A stretch of DNA of 63,772 nt, filler included, from Chrysochromulina tobinii (Eukaryota), in assembly GCA_001275005.1 (NCBI GenBank). It is 8 parts of 8 records of this genome, joined end to end, with 100 filler letters (N's around TTAATTAATTAA, not from the genome) between each part and the next. Parts side by side here need not be neighbours in the genome. Positions count along the whole stretch, not along the records: positions 36,660 to 41,611 come from JWZX01000952.1; positions 41,712 to 60,559 come from JWZX01000953.1; 6 more parts are not named here. The stretch is one strand, 5' to 3'. Position numbers and translations under genes: made by a program. Position 1 is the stretch's first letter. The number at the start of each line of letters is the position of its first letter. Below are positions 36,660 to 48,383 of the stretch, one piece after another. The notes beneath the pieces are model-generated. The model saw only the letters and a program-made list of their open reading frames with translations. It was not told the DNA's origin and did no database searches.

Positions 36660-39600
36660 GGGGCGTGTGGCTGTGAGCCGGCGGGGGCGGCGACGGCGAT
36701 AGAGGCGTAATCAGAACAAGGCCATTGCCGTTGCGGACGCCTGCTTGCATCACAACATCAGTCACCGTCCGAAAGGCGGAGTTTGTACTTCCAGAACCGC
36801 CGCCTCCCCCGCTGAAGTATCCACCGGTGCCTCCATTCGACCCTCCGCCACCCCCTCCACCATACCAGAGTGAGCCATGGCCTCCTAGAAACGATCCAGA
36901 GCCTCCGCCCGTGCTCGTAGTGCCTCCGCAATAACCACAACTTGGATTGCCGCCATTTTGGCCTTGACCTCCGCCATCACCACCCCTGCTGCATCCACTG
37001 CTCCCACCTCCGCCACCGGCAACCACGAGCCGATATTCTGTGCCACTAAGTACCAATCTGACATCGCTTGCGCCTCCACCGCCACCGGCACCTCTCCCAG
37101 CATCGTAAAAGCCGCCTCGGCCCCCACCATTCCAGCCTTCAGAACCAGCACCGCCAGAAACGCCGTTGCCATTATCAACACCCCTGCCACCGACGTAAAC
37201 TCGGAGCGTGTCGCCAGAACTGACATGAACGGTGGCCTCAACCAATCCACCAAGGCCTGGAATAGCGCAGCCCCCGCACAATGGGGCATTGGCGGCGCAG
37301 CCACCACTGGCACCCCAGGCACTGATTCGGATCCGCACGATGCCCACAGCAACCGAGTAGGTCTGAAACGAGCCTGTGTATGAGAAAGATTGTGGTGACG
37401 TGGTCAGTGACGAGGGCGGCGGCGGCGAGGGCGGCGGCGGTGAGGGCGGCGGCGGCGAGGGCGAGGGCAGCAGCGGCGAGGGTGGCGGTGGCGAGGGCGG
37501 CGGCGGCGGTGGCGAGGGCGGCGGCGGCGAGGGCGAGGGCGGTGGCGGCGAGGGCGAGGGCGGCAGCGAGGGCAAACCCCAGATTCGTAGGTAATGAAGC
37601 TTGACCCAATGCGGCCCAGTCAATTGAAACCGGATATCAGAGACTGCACCGACACTTGGTGGAGAGTACGACATTGAAAGGGTCCCAACATTGATGGAAG
37701 TACCCAAAGCAGACCAAGTGCTGTGAGATGCGTCTGCTTTATAACTGAATGAGACAGAGGTGTAGCCGAAGCCACTCCACATAATCTCACCTACAGCAGC
37801 CACTTGATTGAGTCGGACCTCCACAAATGCATTAGATGTAGCAACAGTCCACGTACAGTCGGAGACATTGCTGATGCATTGCACATCTCCATAGCAGAAT
37901 GAACAGGAGGGGCTTGTTGGATGTACGTCTGGCCAGTAGGTGCTCGATGAAGCCAGAATTGCGCCATTGCCGTCCCCAAAGAGAAGTGGGATTGTCGTTG
38001 GCGGCGAGGGCGGCGGTGGCGAGGGCGAGGGCGGCGGCGGCGAGGGCGAGGGCGGCGGCGGCGAGGGCGAGAGGTGATAGTTGTATGCGTTCAGGGTGCC
38101 ATCACATGGGTCACAAAAGCCGCAACTGCACCCATTTGATTTTCCGCAGAAGCCCAGGCCACAGCACCAGTCTCCTCCACCTCCTGCATTTGCGGGATTC
38201 GCGCACCATGAACTACAGCAGAGGGATGGCGGCGGCGGCGAGGGTGAGGGCGGCGGCGGCGAGGGCGATGGTAATGCCAGAGCATAGCTGGCAGTACAGT
38301 CCGCAAACGCCCCATTCGAAGTCGTATAGGGACCACTGCTGTGCTGACTGTACAGGAAACATCGTTGAGCTCCGTGGACAGAATTGCAACCAGTCGTCCC
38401 TGTGTACATCACTGCTGTGCAAATAGGATTCGAGCGGCAGCGCAAAAAACAGTTGTCCAAAGTCGCCTCGGTAAAACCGTACGGGTCGATGCCTGTGTGT
38501 GTCCCACCAGAATTATGGGTCCTAGGGTCGCCCCAGCCGATGAATACAAATGTTCCAGGCGTAAGTGGCGCGGAGGGTGGCGGCGGCGAGGGCGAGGGCG
38601 GCGGCGGCGAGGGCGAGGGTGGCGGCGCGGTGGTAAGGTACACAGCAAATCGAAAGTTCCCCCCCAAGGGCACGCCCTCTGGTTGCCACAAATATGGGCC
38701 ATTGCAATTCCCGTTGCTATACGAACCGGTCACATCTCCTGTGCATTGACTCGGAGATATGGTAGAAGCAGGACTTAAGTCATTCGTGCACCAGACTTGG
38801 ACTCGTAGACCAACGTTTTCACCTGGGCAAGCCAAAGCAACATAGGCATAGCTACTGCAGAAGCCTTTGAACTGCGAGAAGCTGGACACCGTAGACAGCG
38901 GTACGTTTCCTTGAGTTCCTGCAGAACTTTTGTATAAGCCATAGGTGCTTGCCATGCTAGCATCACTGCCCGTAAAGACCCAGTGGAAGCAACCAACATA
39001 GCCCTGGGCATAAAGTGGCGCGGAGGGCGGCGGCGGCGAGGGCGAGGGCGGCGGCGAGGGCGGCAATCGCGGCGGTGAGGGCGAGGGTCTACGGCACACG
39101 GCGCCAAGACCTCCATTAAGACCCCCCGAACAATGTTCATCGTTCCAGTTTGGATGTACCGCATATGCTTGGACACAATCCTCGTCGCCGAAGTAGTTGT
39201 TTGGCTCACCAGGGGCCCAGTTGGAGTAGTCCCACGGAGTGCCGTCGGACCACCTCCAGGTGCCCTCGCTTACCGCGTCAGTCGCACCGATCCAGGCAGT
39301 GGCGGATTGAGGGATGACGGCCCGCACAGCGGCATTCTCCGCGGCGCTGTGGATGCTAGCAAGATCGCCGCCGAGAGCCCGGCACGTGGCGCGCCCAGCC
39401 GCCCAAGTGCCGAGGGTTGATATGTAAATGAATGGCGAGGTCACTCTCGGAGGGGCGGGTGGGGGCGAGGGCGGCGGCGGCGGCGGCGAGGGCGGCGGCG
39501 GCGAAGGTAATGCCAGAGCATAGCTGGCAGTACAGCCCGCCCACTGCGCATTCGAAGTCGTATAAGGACCACTGCTGTGCTGACTATACAGGTAACATGA

Positions 39601-41611
39601 TTGAGCTCCGTGCTGAGAATAGCAACCAGTCGTCCCTGTGTACATCACTGCTGTGCAAATAGGATTCGAGCGGCAGCGCGAAAAACAATTGTCCACAGTC
39701 GCATCGGTAAACGGACCGTACGGGTCGATGCCTGTGTGTGTCCCAGCTGAAGTTTGGGTCCTAGGGTCGCCCCAGCCGATGAATACAAATGTTCCAGGCG
39801 TAACATACGGCGGCGGCGGCGAGGGCGAGGGCGGCGGCGGCGAGGGCGAGATGTGATAGTTGTATGCGTTCAGGGTGCCATCACATGGGTCACAAAAGCC
39901 GCAACTGCACCCATTTGATTTTCCGCAGAAGCCGAGGCCACAGCACCAGTCTCCCCCACCTCCTGCATTTGCGGGATTCGCGCACCATGAACTACAGCAG
40001 AGAGATGGCGGCGGTGGTGAGGGCGAGGGCGGCGGCGGCGAGGGCGATGGTAATGCCAGAGTATAGCTGGCAGTACAGTCCGCAAACGCCCCATTCGAAG
40101 TCGTATAAGGACCACTGCTGTGCTGACTATACAGGAAACATTGTTGAGCTCCGTGAACAGAATTGCAACCAGTCGTCCCTGTGTACATCACTGCTGTGCA
40201 AATAGGATTCGAGCGGCAGCGCAAAAAACAGTTGTCCAAAGTCGCCTCGGTAAAGCCGTACGGGTCGATGCCTGTGTGTGTCCCACCAGAATTTTGGGTC
40301 CTAGGGTCGCCCCAGCCGATGAATACAAACGTTCCAGGTGTAAGATATGGCGGCGGCGGCGAGGGCGAGGGCGGCGGGGGCGAGGGATAAGGGTTTGGGT
40401 TACAAAGAGACCGAAACTGTGGGCATGCTGGATTTGAGCATGGAAAGGCGCAAGATGCATAGAAACAGAAATCGCCAGGGGTTGAGCAGAAGGGGGAACC
40501 ACCAGGTGGACAACCTTGAGCACCACCTGCCGGGCATCCATTTGTACAAAAACACCCATTGCTGCAAGAGCCAATGGTGGTGGCTGTACCATAGCACATG
40601 TTGTTGAATTTGGGATACCAACCCAAACCATGGCAACTGCAGTAGGACTGCCAATATGGAGGCGAGGGAGAAGGCGGCGATATGGGCGGTGAGGTCGAGG
40701 GCGAGGGCGGCGGCGGCGTTGGTAATGCCAGAGCATAGCTGGAAGTACAGTCGGCAAACTGCCCATTCGAAGTCGTATAAGGACCACTGCTGTGCTGACT
40801 GTACAGGAAACATCGTTGAGCTCCGTGAACAGAATTGCAACCAGTCGTCCCTGTGTACATCACTGCTGTGCAAATGGGATTCGAGCGGCAGCGCAAAAAA
40901 CAGTTGTCCAAAGTCGCCTCGGTAAAACCGTACGGATCGATGCCTGCGTGTGTCCCACCAGAATTTTGGGTCCTAGGGTCGCCCCAGCCGATGAATACAA
41001 ATGATTGGCATTCAACGCTCACCATCCTGTCGAAGCTGAGGAGGATAGCCAGCCAGACTCTCCATCGAGCACATCCCGGCTGCGGCCTTCCTCGCCGACT
41101 CCCACGTGCTCCTTGCGTCCCGTCTCGCATCGTGCTCGAACGCAGTGCTCTAAACAGCCCCACCAACCGTGCGACGAGGCCAGCCATCGCAAAGAAGACC
41201 ATCGAGAGCAGGCAAGCGAATCGACCCATCTCGCCTTGGAGAGCGGTGGCCTTCCATCCAGTGGCTGCAGAGTAGGCATGCGTGTGTAAGGTGGCGCCTT
41301 TCGGCGGCGGCAGCGAAGTCGGCGGGGGAGACGAGGGGGGGTGCGTCGTCGTCGGCGGCGGTGGAAAAGGCTGCGGTGGCGAGGGTGCGGACGGTGGCGC
41401 CAGCGGCGGAGGGGCCGTTGACTTTGGCGAGGGCGGCGAGGGCATGCCGGCCGAGATGTTGCCAGGAGTGGGCGGCATCCTTGGAGGCGATGGAGGCGGT
41501 AGAGCCACAGGCGGCGACGACGACTGCACCGCGGAGTGCGATCCGCAGTTGGCGCCATCGGCGCAGAAGCATGTCTCCAAGCAGATGCCCTTGCCGGGGG
41601 GTGAACTAGCG
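36660..41611 (-). CDS. Partial giant modular surface/adhesion protein: 4x PAN/apple-like module, 2x small Cys-rich module, EPN-type C-type lectin, galactose-binding-like module and ALK/LTK-type Gly-rich domain, joined by SPPP hinges
   Basis: TLDNCFLRCRSNPICTAVMY...C.LY x4; WAPGEPNN...EDC...WND; FSYTGSFQTY...WGASGG...LRVYVGG.G...GGGGASDVR...RLVVAGGGGG. Confidence 0.85.
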
Positions 41612-41711
41612 NNNNNNNNNNNNNNNNNNNNNNNNNNNNNNNNNNNNNNNNNNNNTTAATTAATTAANNNNNNNNNNNNNNNNNNNNNNNNNNNNNNNNN
41701 NNNNNNNNNNN
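41612..41711. other. Artificial contig spacer
   Basis: N44-TTAATTAATTAA-N44. Confidence 0.98.
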
Positions 41712-42076
41712 CCTTTCTGCAACTTCTGAGGCGTTGCGACGGACGCGTTGCCACCTGGCCGAAAGAATTCGCTTGGTGAGGCGTTCCCACCGAGCAACGG
41801 CATGGTGTCTTCCTCATTCCCTTGGCTCCGGCGGCGTACGATGTCCTTGACTCCACTCTGGCCATACATCTTTCGCGCGCTTAAAGGCCTTTCACGCGAG
41901 GCAACGGTCGCGCTCTCGAGCCAGCCGTCAAGGCGGTTGTCAGCACGGTCGCGGAGCTTCGTCGCGAGCCGGCCGCGCGGAGTCGTCGCAAGGAGGTCCT
42001 TGTCGGCCCATTTGGACCGAATTGGGCCGCAAGTCTCAATACGACGAAGTTTGACGCCCCTAATAACCCCCGAGAA
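41712..42076 (-). CDS. Probable internal exon of a hypothetical gene (truncated)
   Basis: Open frame FSGVIRGVKL...MYGQSGVKDIV preceded by acceptor-like ttttattgtcCAG. Confidence 0.3.
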
Positions 42077-42697
42077 CTGGACAATAAAAACGGTTACTGT
42101 GGGTCAGAAACTGCGAATTGAGCTCCTAATACGGCATTGTCAACGGGATGCATGCATTCGAATTCATCTTCTTCCCTTGTGGCCTGCCTCTCATCACAAC
42201 CGAGCGGTGCCACATGTGGTTTGGTTGGTTCCGTTGCGTTCCCATACTCGCAATGTGTCCAAAACCCTCTCCCAACTAATGACACCTAAACTCCAATTGA
42301 GCCGCTCTACAAGGACAAATGCAGAATACACCGCGCGATCTATATGCGGCTCTGCTCGTCTGAACTCTGATCGGACGTGTGCTTGATCCGATACGGATCC
42401 ATGGCTTGATCTCGAATCACCGTCCGGTCGGACTTTTTCAATCTCGCTATACGAAGCTGCGCGCCGCGTGTTACTGCAGCTCACACCACTCACACTTCTT
42501 GCAGGATCTCCAGGAACATGCGGCCCTGACACACAAACACTTGGGACAATCCGGCCGCATCCCGGTGACGCGTTGTTGCCTCTCGAGTGCGGCGCGCCGA
42601 TTGTGCCCCTCGCTGCCCCCTTCGCCCGCGCAGCGGGAGCGTGTCGCCGTCGCCCACGCCGCTGCGGACGGGGACGGCGGCGACGACACCGCGCGCC

Positions 42698-45478
42698 TCA
42701 CGCGACCGCCTCAGCAACGAATTTCGAAACGGCCATATCGGCGGAGCGCACCGTTAGCCGCATACCCACCGCCTTGGGCGTGTCGACGCGCAGGTTGACG
42801 ATGGCAAAGACCTGCACGCCGCCGAGGAAGAGGCCCGACACGAGCACCGTGTGCGTGCGCGAGCCGTCGGGGATTTTCTCGGAGCCATCGCACGGCTGCA
42901 TGCCCAGAAAGGAAACGACCTCGGTCATGGCCGCCTGGAGCGATGGGTATGTAAGGCTGAAGGTCTCAACCACCTCCGCGTCCGCGCCCACCGTCGACCA
43001 CACCTCCCGGAAGTCGACGACTGCCAACGGCTTCATAAAGTCCGCCGCCGCGAGCTCGAGCTCCTCGAGATTATACTGGTCATCGTAGCCAGTCTCGCTC
43101 GGATCCGGTTCTTTGCCCGGCTCGACATCCTTCACGATGTACTTGAGCGTGCACGCCATCGAGCCCACAGGTACGCCCTCGACGCGGCGCAAGCACACGA
43201 AGCAGTCCGCGGGCGTGCCGTACGGCAGCGACTCGCACTTGAGCTCGCTGTCGAGCACGAGGCCAGGCGTGTTCGTCAAGTCCACCGCGATGGTCACCTG
43301 CTCAAGCAGTTGGTCCTCGAGCGTGTTGTTGAGCTTGAACTGCAGCAGCAGGTGCGATGCGTACACGTGCTTTATGCACTGCACCTCGTACTCGGTACCT
43401 GTCTCCGAGAGCGCCACCGGCTTTGACGACGCGAAGCGCTGCCCCACGTGCACGAACTGCGGCAGCTTCGACAGCAGGTCCGCCTCCCCTTCGCTCGACT
43501 TCAGTTTGCTCGCCGGAGGAGATACGATCTCGTCGGTGACGAAGCCGCTCAGCCCGCCGCTCGCCGCCTTCTCCGCCGCCGCCTGCGTGCGCATCTGCCG
43601 CTTGAGCATCTCGGCGTCCACAGTGACGGCGCTCAGCGAGAAGGGCTCGTCCGTGCCGCCCTCAATGGCCATGTACTCCCTGCAGCTACGCTCGATGGCC
43701 TCGAGGGGCACGGGCAAGGGCTCGAGCATCGTCTTGCCGTCCAAGCCGCCCAGGCCGGAGCGCCCCTCCTGCAGCCCCTTGAGCAGCGCCACGAAGAAGG
43801 TCACGCGGTCACGCACCTCATCGTCGTTGTCGTACAGGCAGCGCTGGAGCAGCACGATCACCGACGGGCGGAGGGTCTCGAGCTGGATGCCAAACTTGGC
43901 GAGCGCCGAGATGGCAGAGGCGCGCACGGTGGCGTTCTCGAGCACCACGCGGTTGTAGATGAACCGGATGTACTTGGAGGGCTCGCCAGTGCTCGGACCC
44001 TCGACGCCGATCAGGTGGAGGATCTGGGTCGAGAGGAGCGTGAATTCACAGTCCTCGATGAACTCGCACAGGTGGCCGAGGCCGGCCTCCTTGGCCTCGG
44101 GCACGCGGGCGATGATGACCAGGATGGTGTCCACGATCGCCTTCTTGTACTGGAACCCGCCCTCCTCGCGCAGCACGTTCGAGAGGAAGGTCATGAGCAC
44201 CCGGTGCTTCTGAGGAAACTTGAGGCACATGGCGCGGATGGCGTCGACGACGACGATCTTGAACTCGTCGGCGATCTCGCTCATGAAGGAGGTGATCTGC
44301 TTCATGAGGCGCTCGACGCCCGACTCGGAGCCCGTCTTGAGCAGCGTCGTGATCGCGAGCGTCGCGATCGACCGGTTCGAGTCGTTGATGAGCCCCTCCA
44401 TGTCCATGTTGCACGGCGTCACCGCGAGCGGGTGCACCATCGCCACCTTGTTGAGGGTGCGCACGGCGGCGAAGCGCAGCGACGGCTTGGGTGAGCAGAG
44501 GAAGAGCTGCAGCACGGTGACCGCGGGCGCGAGCTCGCGCTGCGTCACGCCTGTCAGCGAGCAGATCGCGGTCGCCGCCTCGTAGATGACCATATCCGAC
44601 TTGTGCCGTAGCGCCGACTCGAGGTAGTCGTAGAGCGCGCGGTCGCGCTGCTCCGCACCTTGCTCCTCCATGACGCCCCTGGCGTAACGGATGAGCAGGC
44701 ACTGCGCCATCGGCGACTTGAGCGGCGTGCGCGTGAGCGACGCGACCACCTTGGACACCGCCAGCCGGTCCTGCCGCTTGATCTGGTTCAGCAACGCCAG
44801 CGCGTGGTACTGCACCGACTGGTTGTCCGACTGCAGCGCCGTCTGCACCTCGTTGACCCATCGCTTCACGACCTCGCCGTTGACGCTCATCAGGTGGATG
44901 CCCGACACGAGCGCCGAGGCCGCCACGAACGCGTTCCTATCCACGAGCGCCTCCTTGAGATGGCGTTCGATCTGCGCGAGCAGCGTCGGGTCGGTCGCCG
45001 CGATGATGGCGCCGAGCACGCGGATGGCGTTGCCGCGGTTGAGCTCAATCTTGGAGTTCATGTCCTTGGTGAGCGTCGCGCATACGATGATGACCTCCTC
45101 GGGGCTCGGCTTGAGCTCCTTGAGCATCAGGTACAGCAGCCGGCGCATCTGCGCGTCCTTGTTTTGCAGCAGCTTGGTCACGCCAAAGAAGATGTCGGTC
45201 GTCTCGAGGCGCGAGAGCTTGTCGCCTTGCGAGAGCAGCCAGAGGATCTTGGTGAGGATCGTGATGCACTTGCGCGGGTTGAGCTCGCGATCATTGAAAC
45301 AGCGGCTCTCCTGCAGCACGGTGCTCTTCTCTACCCCTCTAAACGGGCTGTACGACTCGTCCTCGTCCTTCTTCTCACCCTTGGTCATGGAGCTCACCGC
45401 ATCGCGCATGCTCTGCACCCATTGAGCCCCCTGCGACGCCACGTCCGCAGGCGTCGCAGGCGCCGCCGCAGACGCCAT
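42698..45478 (-). CDS. COPG: Coatomer subunit gamma (gamma-COP/Sec21), intronless
   Basis: EKSTVLQESRCFN, NRSIATLAITTLLKTGSE, EEGGFQYKKAIVD, HLCEFIEDCEF, YIRFIYNRVVLEN, DEVRDR, TEYEVQCIKH. Confidence 0.97.
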   Translation of the reverse strand: MASAAAPATPADVASQGAQWVQSMRDAVSSMTKGEKKDEDESYSPFRGVEKSTVLQESRCFNDRELNPRKCITILTKILWLLSQGDKLSRLETTDIFFGVTKLLQNKDAQMRRLLYLMLKELKPSPEEVIIVCATLTKDMNSKIELNRGNAIRVLGAIIAATDPTLLAQIERHLKEALVDRNAFVAASALVSGIHLMSVNGEVVKRWVNEVQTALQSDNQSVQYHALALLNQIKRQDRLAVSKVVASLTRTPLKSPMAQCLLIRYARGVMEEQGAEQRDRALYDYLESALRHKSDMVIYEAATAICSLTGVTQRELAPAVTVLQLFLCSPKPSLRFAAVRTLNKVAMVHPLAVTPCNMDMEGLINDSNRSIATLAITTLLKTGSESGVERLMKQITSFMSEIADEFKIVVVDAIRAMCLKFPQKHRVLMTFLSNVLREEGGFQYKKAIVDTILVIIARVPEAKEAGLGHLCEFIEDCEFTLLSTQILHLIGVEGPSTGEPSKYIRFIYNRVVLENATVRASAISALAKFGIQLETLRPSVIVLLQRCLYDNDDEVRDRVTFFVALLKGLQEGRSGLGGLDGKTMLEPLPVPLEAIERSCREYMAIEGGTDEPFSLSAVTVDAEMLKRQMRTQAAAEKAASGGLSGFVTDEIVSPPASKLKSSEGEADLLSKLPQFVHVGQRFASSKPVALSETGTEYEVQCIKHVYASHLLLQFKLNNTLEDQLLEQVTIAVDLTNTPGLVLDSELKCESLPYGTPADCFVCLRRVEGVPVGSMACTLKYIVKDVEPGKEPDPSETGYDDQYNLEELELAAADFMKPLAVVDFREVWSTVGADAEVVETFSLTYPSLQAAMTEVVSFLGMQPCDGSEKIPDGSRTHTVLVSGLFLGGVQVFAIVNLRVDTPKAVGMRLTVRSADMAVSKFVAEAVA

Positions 45479-45609
45479 CGTCGCGCTCTCTCTCTCTGAC
45501 CCGCGCTGCGCGCACGCAGCACTTGCGACAAAAGGCCGCTTTGCCCTCAGCACAAAGTTGACGCGCTCTCGCGAGCTCTTTTCGGGAAGCCCACGGCGTC
45601 GGGGGTAAG

Positions 45610-46380
45610 ATGCCAACCCTCGAGGTCGCCGTCCCCGAAGGCTGCCTGCCGGGCGACGAATTCACTGTGGAGTGGGAGGGCACACACCTCGCCGTGCGCG
45701 TGCCCGAGGATGGTTACGCGGGCATGCTCCTCGCGGTTGACGTCCAGCCGACCGAAGAGGTGGAGGTCATGATTCCTGAGGGCTGCTTCGCGGGCGACGA
45801 GGTCAAGGTGAGCCATGAGGGCACCACCTTCTTCGTGAGCATCCCCGAGGGCTTGGGCCCGGGCGACAAGATCCTCGTGCGGCGGCCGAAGATCGAGCTG
45901 GAGAATCATCTCTTGGATCTCGAAGCGTTACAACTGGAGGATGCCGAGGAGGTCATTGAGGAGCATCTAGCAGCTCCGGCCAAGGGTGCTGAGAAGCAGG
46001 GAGCAGCAGCGTCGCCGGCTCGCGGCGAGAGGCGAGAGCGCTCAACGGCCGCCAACCTGGGCACGGTCGGCTCGGGCGTTGCATCGGGCGCAGGAGCGGA
46101 GGGCGAAGGTCTGCCGAGCGCAGGAGCGGAGGGAAAAGGGCTCTCGCTCTCGCTCTCGATCTTCGGCGGCTTCACTCTCTCTCTTGCGGTGCAGACGGCG
46201 CCCAAGTGGCCGATCGGCTCGACGATGGAGGTGTATCGCACTGACGGGGAGTGGTCGAGGTGCATCATCAAAGAATACGACTGGCGCGGGGTCACCTACA
46301 CGGTGCAGCTCACGGATCTTCGGATGAAGTATTTTGTGGAGGAGGAGGACCTGAGGATGCCGGGCAGTGGGTACTTGTAG
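45610..46380 (+). CDS. Hypothetical protein with four 'V.VPEG..PG..' beta repeats and a C-terminal Tudor/SH3-like module
   Basis: VAVPEGCLPGDEFTV, VRVPEDGYAG, VMIPEGCFAGDEV, VSIPEGLGPGDKI; IGSTMEVYRTDGEWSRCIIKEY...YTV. Confidence 0.75.
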   Translation: MPTLEVAVPEGCLPGDEFTVEWEGTHLAVRVPEDGYAGMLLAVDVQPTEEVEVMIPEGCFAGDEVKVSHEGTTFFVSIPEGLGPGDKILVRRPKIELENHLLDLEALQLEDAEEVIEEHLAAPAKGAEKQGAAASPARGERRERSTAANLGTVGSGVASGAGAEGEGLPSAGAEGKGLSLSLSIFGGFTLSLAVQTAPKWPIGSTMEVYRTDGEWSRCIIKEYDWRGVTYTVQLTDLRMKYFVEEEDLRMPGSGYL

Positions 46381-46669
46381 GATTGCGCCCCCCGGGGCAC
46401 GAGAAACCGTTCCACATGACAGTGGACACGAGCAGAGCGCCTCGGCGCGTCGTCCTGGGCGGTTGTGTCCCGGTGTAAGAGGCTCGTTAGAAAGATACCA
46501 AACCGGTATCTCGCTCAAACAAAGGGCCATGCTATGCCAAGCTCTCCAAATGCCATCCTGTCTCCGCACCACGAAATGGACAACGAGGAAAATGCGAGCA
46601 CCTACAAGTAGGGGTGCGCGACTGTGCACGGGATTGGTGCTCGGTCAAAAGTGTGCCATCGGCGGACGT

Positions 46670-48285
46670 ATGCTCGAGCACGTGTTTTGTGAGGAGGCCT
46701 TCAAGCTGATTGACAAGGATGGCAATGGCGTGCTGACCCGCCCGGAGGTACGTGCTTTGGCACTTCGTTTTGCGACAATATTGCTGGCTCACACACGCGT
46801 CCCGGCTCCGCACAAACACAGGTGATTACAGCGCTGATGAACGACAACAACGTGGCCGCAGTACTGCAGCTTCCGCCGCAGATTCGCCAGGAGGATGGCA
46901 AGCGCGAACGCTTCGAGAAGCTCTTCGAAATGATGGACAAGGACGGCTCAAGAGGCGTCGACCTCAACGAGTTCCGCTCATTTTGGGTGACGCACGTGCT
47001 TCCGCAACTGAAGGAGACGGCCCGGCAGGCGGCGGAGGAGGAGGCGGCCCAGCGGGCAGCGGAGGAGACAGCCCGACAAAAGGTTGAGGAGGAGGCGGCG
47101 CGAGAGGCGGCAGCGCGAGCGGCGGTCGAGGCGGCGGAGGAGGCGGCGGCGAAGGAGGCAGCGGCGAAGGAGGCAGCGGCGGCGCAGGCGGCGTCTCTCT
47201 CAGCTCTGCCCCCCTCGGGTGGCTCGTCGCCCAACGTTGCCGCTGCGATACTCGTGCATGGGGACCTTGCCGCTGCGCGAAGCCTACGGCCGAAAGCGCC
47301 GCAACCAGCGCCGCCCCCACCGCCGCCGGCCAGCGTGTGCGAGGAGTACAATCCCTTCACAGGAGAGCGGATGGCCACTGCGCCGCGGCCGCCATTCAAT
47401 CCTATTATGGATCGGAGCCCCGAGGCGCTTGCGGAGGAGTGCGTAGCTGCTGTCATCGGGGGCGTGGCCACGTCGATGAGCGGCGTCGCGGGCGCCTCAG
47501 CGGGCGCAGCGGCCGCGGGCGTCGCCACCTCGATGGCGCACGCTGCCGCGGCCGGTGTGGACCTGCGGGGTCTGGACACGTGGACGGCCATCGCCATCGC
47601 GGCCGCCACCTCGGCCGCCATCGCCACGGCCACATGTGCGGCTGGAGGGCCCTTGGCTGGGCGCGCCGCCGCAGCCGTGGCCGGCTCCGCTGCGGCCGCC
47701 ACCACCGCCGCCGCGATGGGCGCTCGGGGGGACGCGACGCCGGGGGCAGCCCTCGCCGCCGCCGCCGCCGCCACGAGCGCAAGCGAGGCGTTACAGCTGG
47801 CAGAGCCAATGATGAGGGCGCCAGTGCCCCCTACGACGTCAGTTCGAGCGCTCCGCGCGGTCGAGCATGCCACGGGGCGCATCTCCGCGCTCGCGGAGCG
47901 TGCAAAGGCCTTCCGGCACGCGGCCGAAAGGCTGCATGCTGAGCGCCGTAGTGAGCACGCGGCCGAAAGGCTGCATGCTGAGCTGCATGATGGGCGCCGT
48001 AGTGAGCACGCGGCCGAAAGGCTGCATGCCGAGCGCAATGCCGCCACAGACGTGGATACGCGGATACGAGCACACGCCGGCCTGTCGGGCCGCCAATTTG
48101 GCGGCTCCGCAGCCTTAGGACCGCCCATGACGCCGCCCCGATCGAAAGCCGGGAAGTCCACAGCGGCGAGCCGCCGGCAGGCCTACTCCGACGCCTCCTC
48201 CCACGCCTCCTCCGCCCGGATGGCCCTCGAACACCCTGTGCGAGTCGAGCGGCAGGTGTACGGTAGGGCACCTTTCAAACTGTAG
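46670..48285 (+). CDS. Two-EF-hand protein with a low-complexity tail; intron 46748-46821
   Basis: FKLIDKDGNGVLTRPE|VITAL and LFEMMDKDGSRGVDLNEF; GAG|GTACGT...acaCAG. Confidence 0.8.
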
Positions 48286-48383
48286 GAGTCCCAGGAGTCA
48301 TGTAGAGTGAGGTCCGCAGGTCCTCGCGCGTTTCGCGCCAAGCTGACAAATGTGTATGAACGTGAAGTTCAAGGTCGCGCGCG

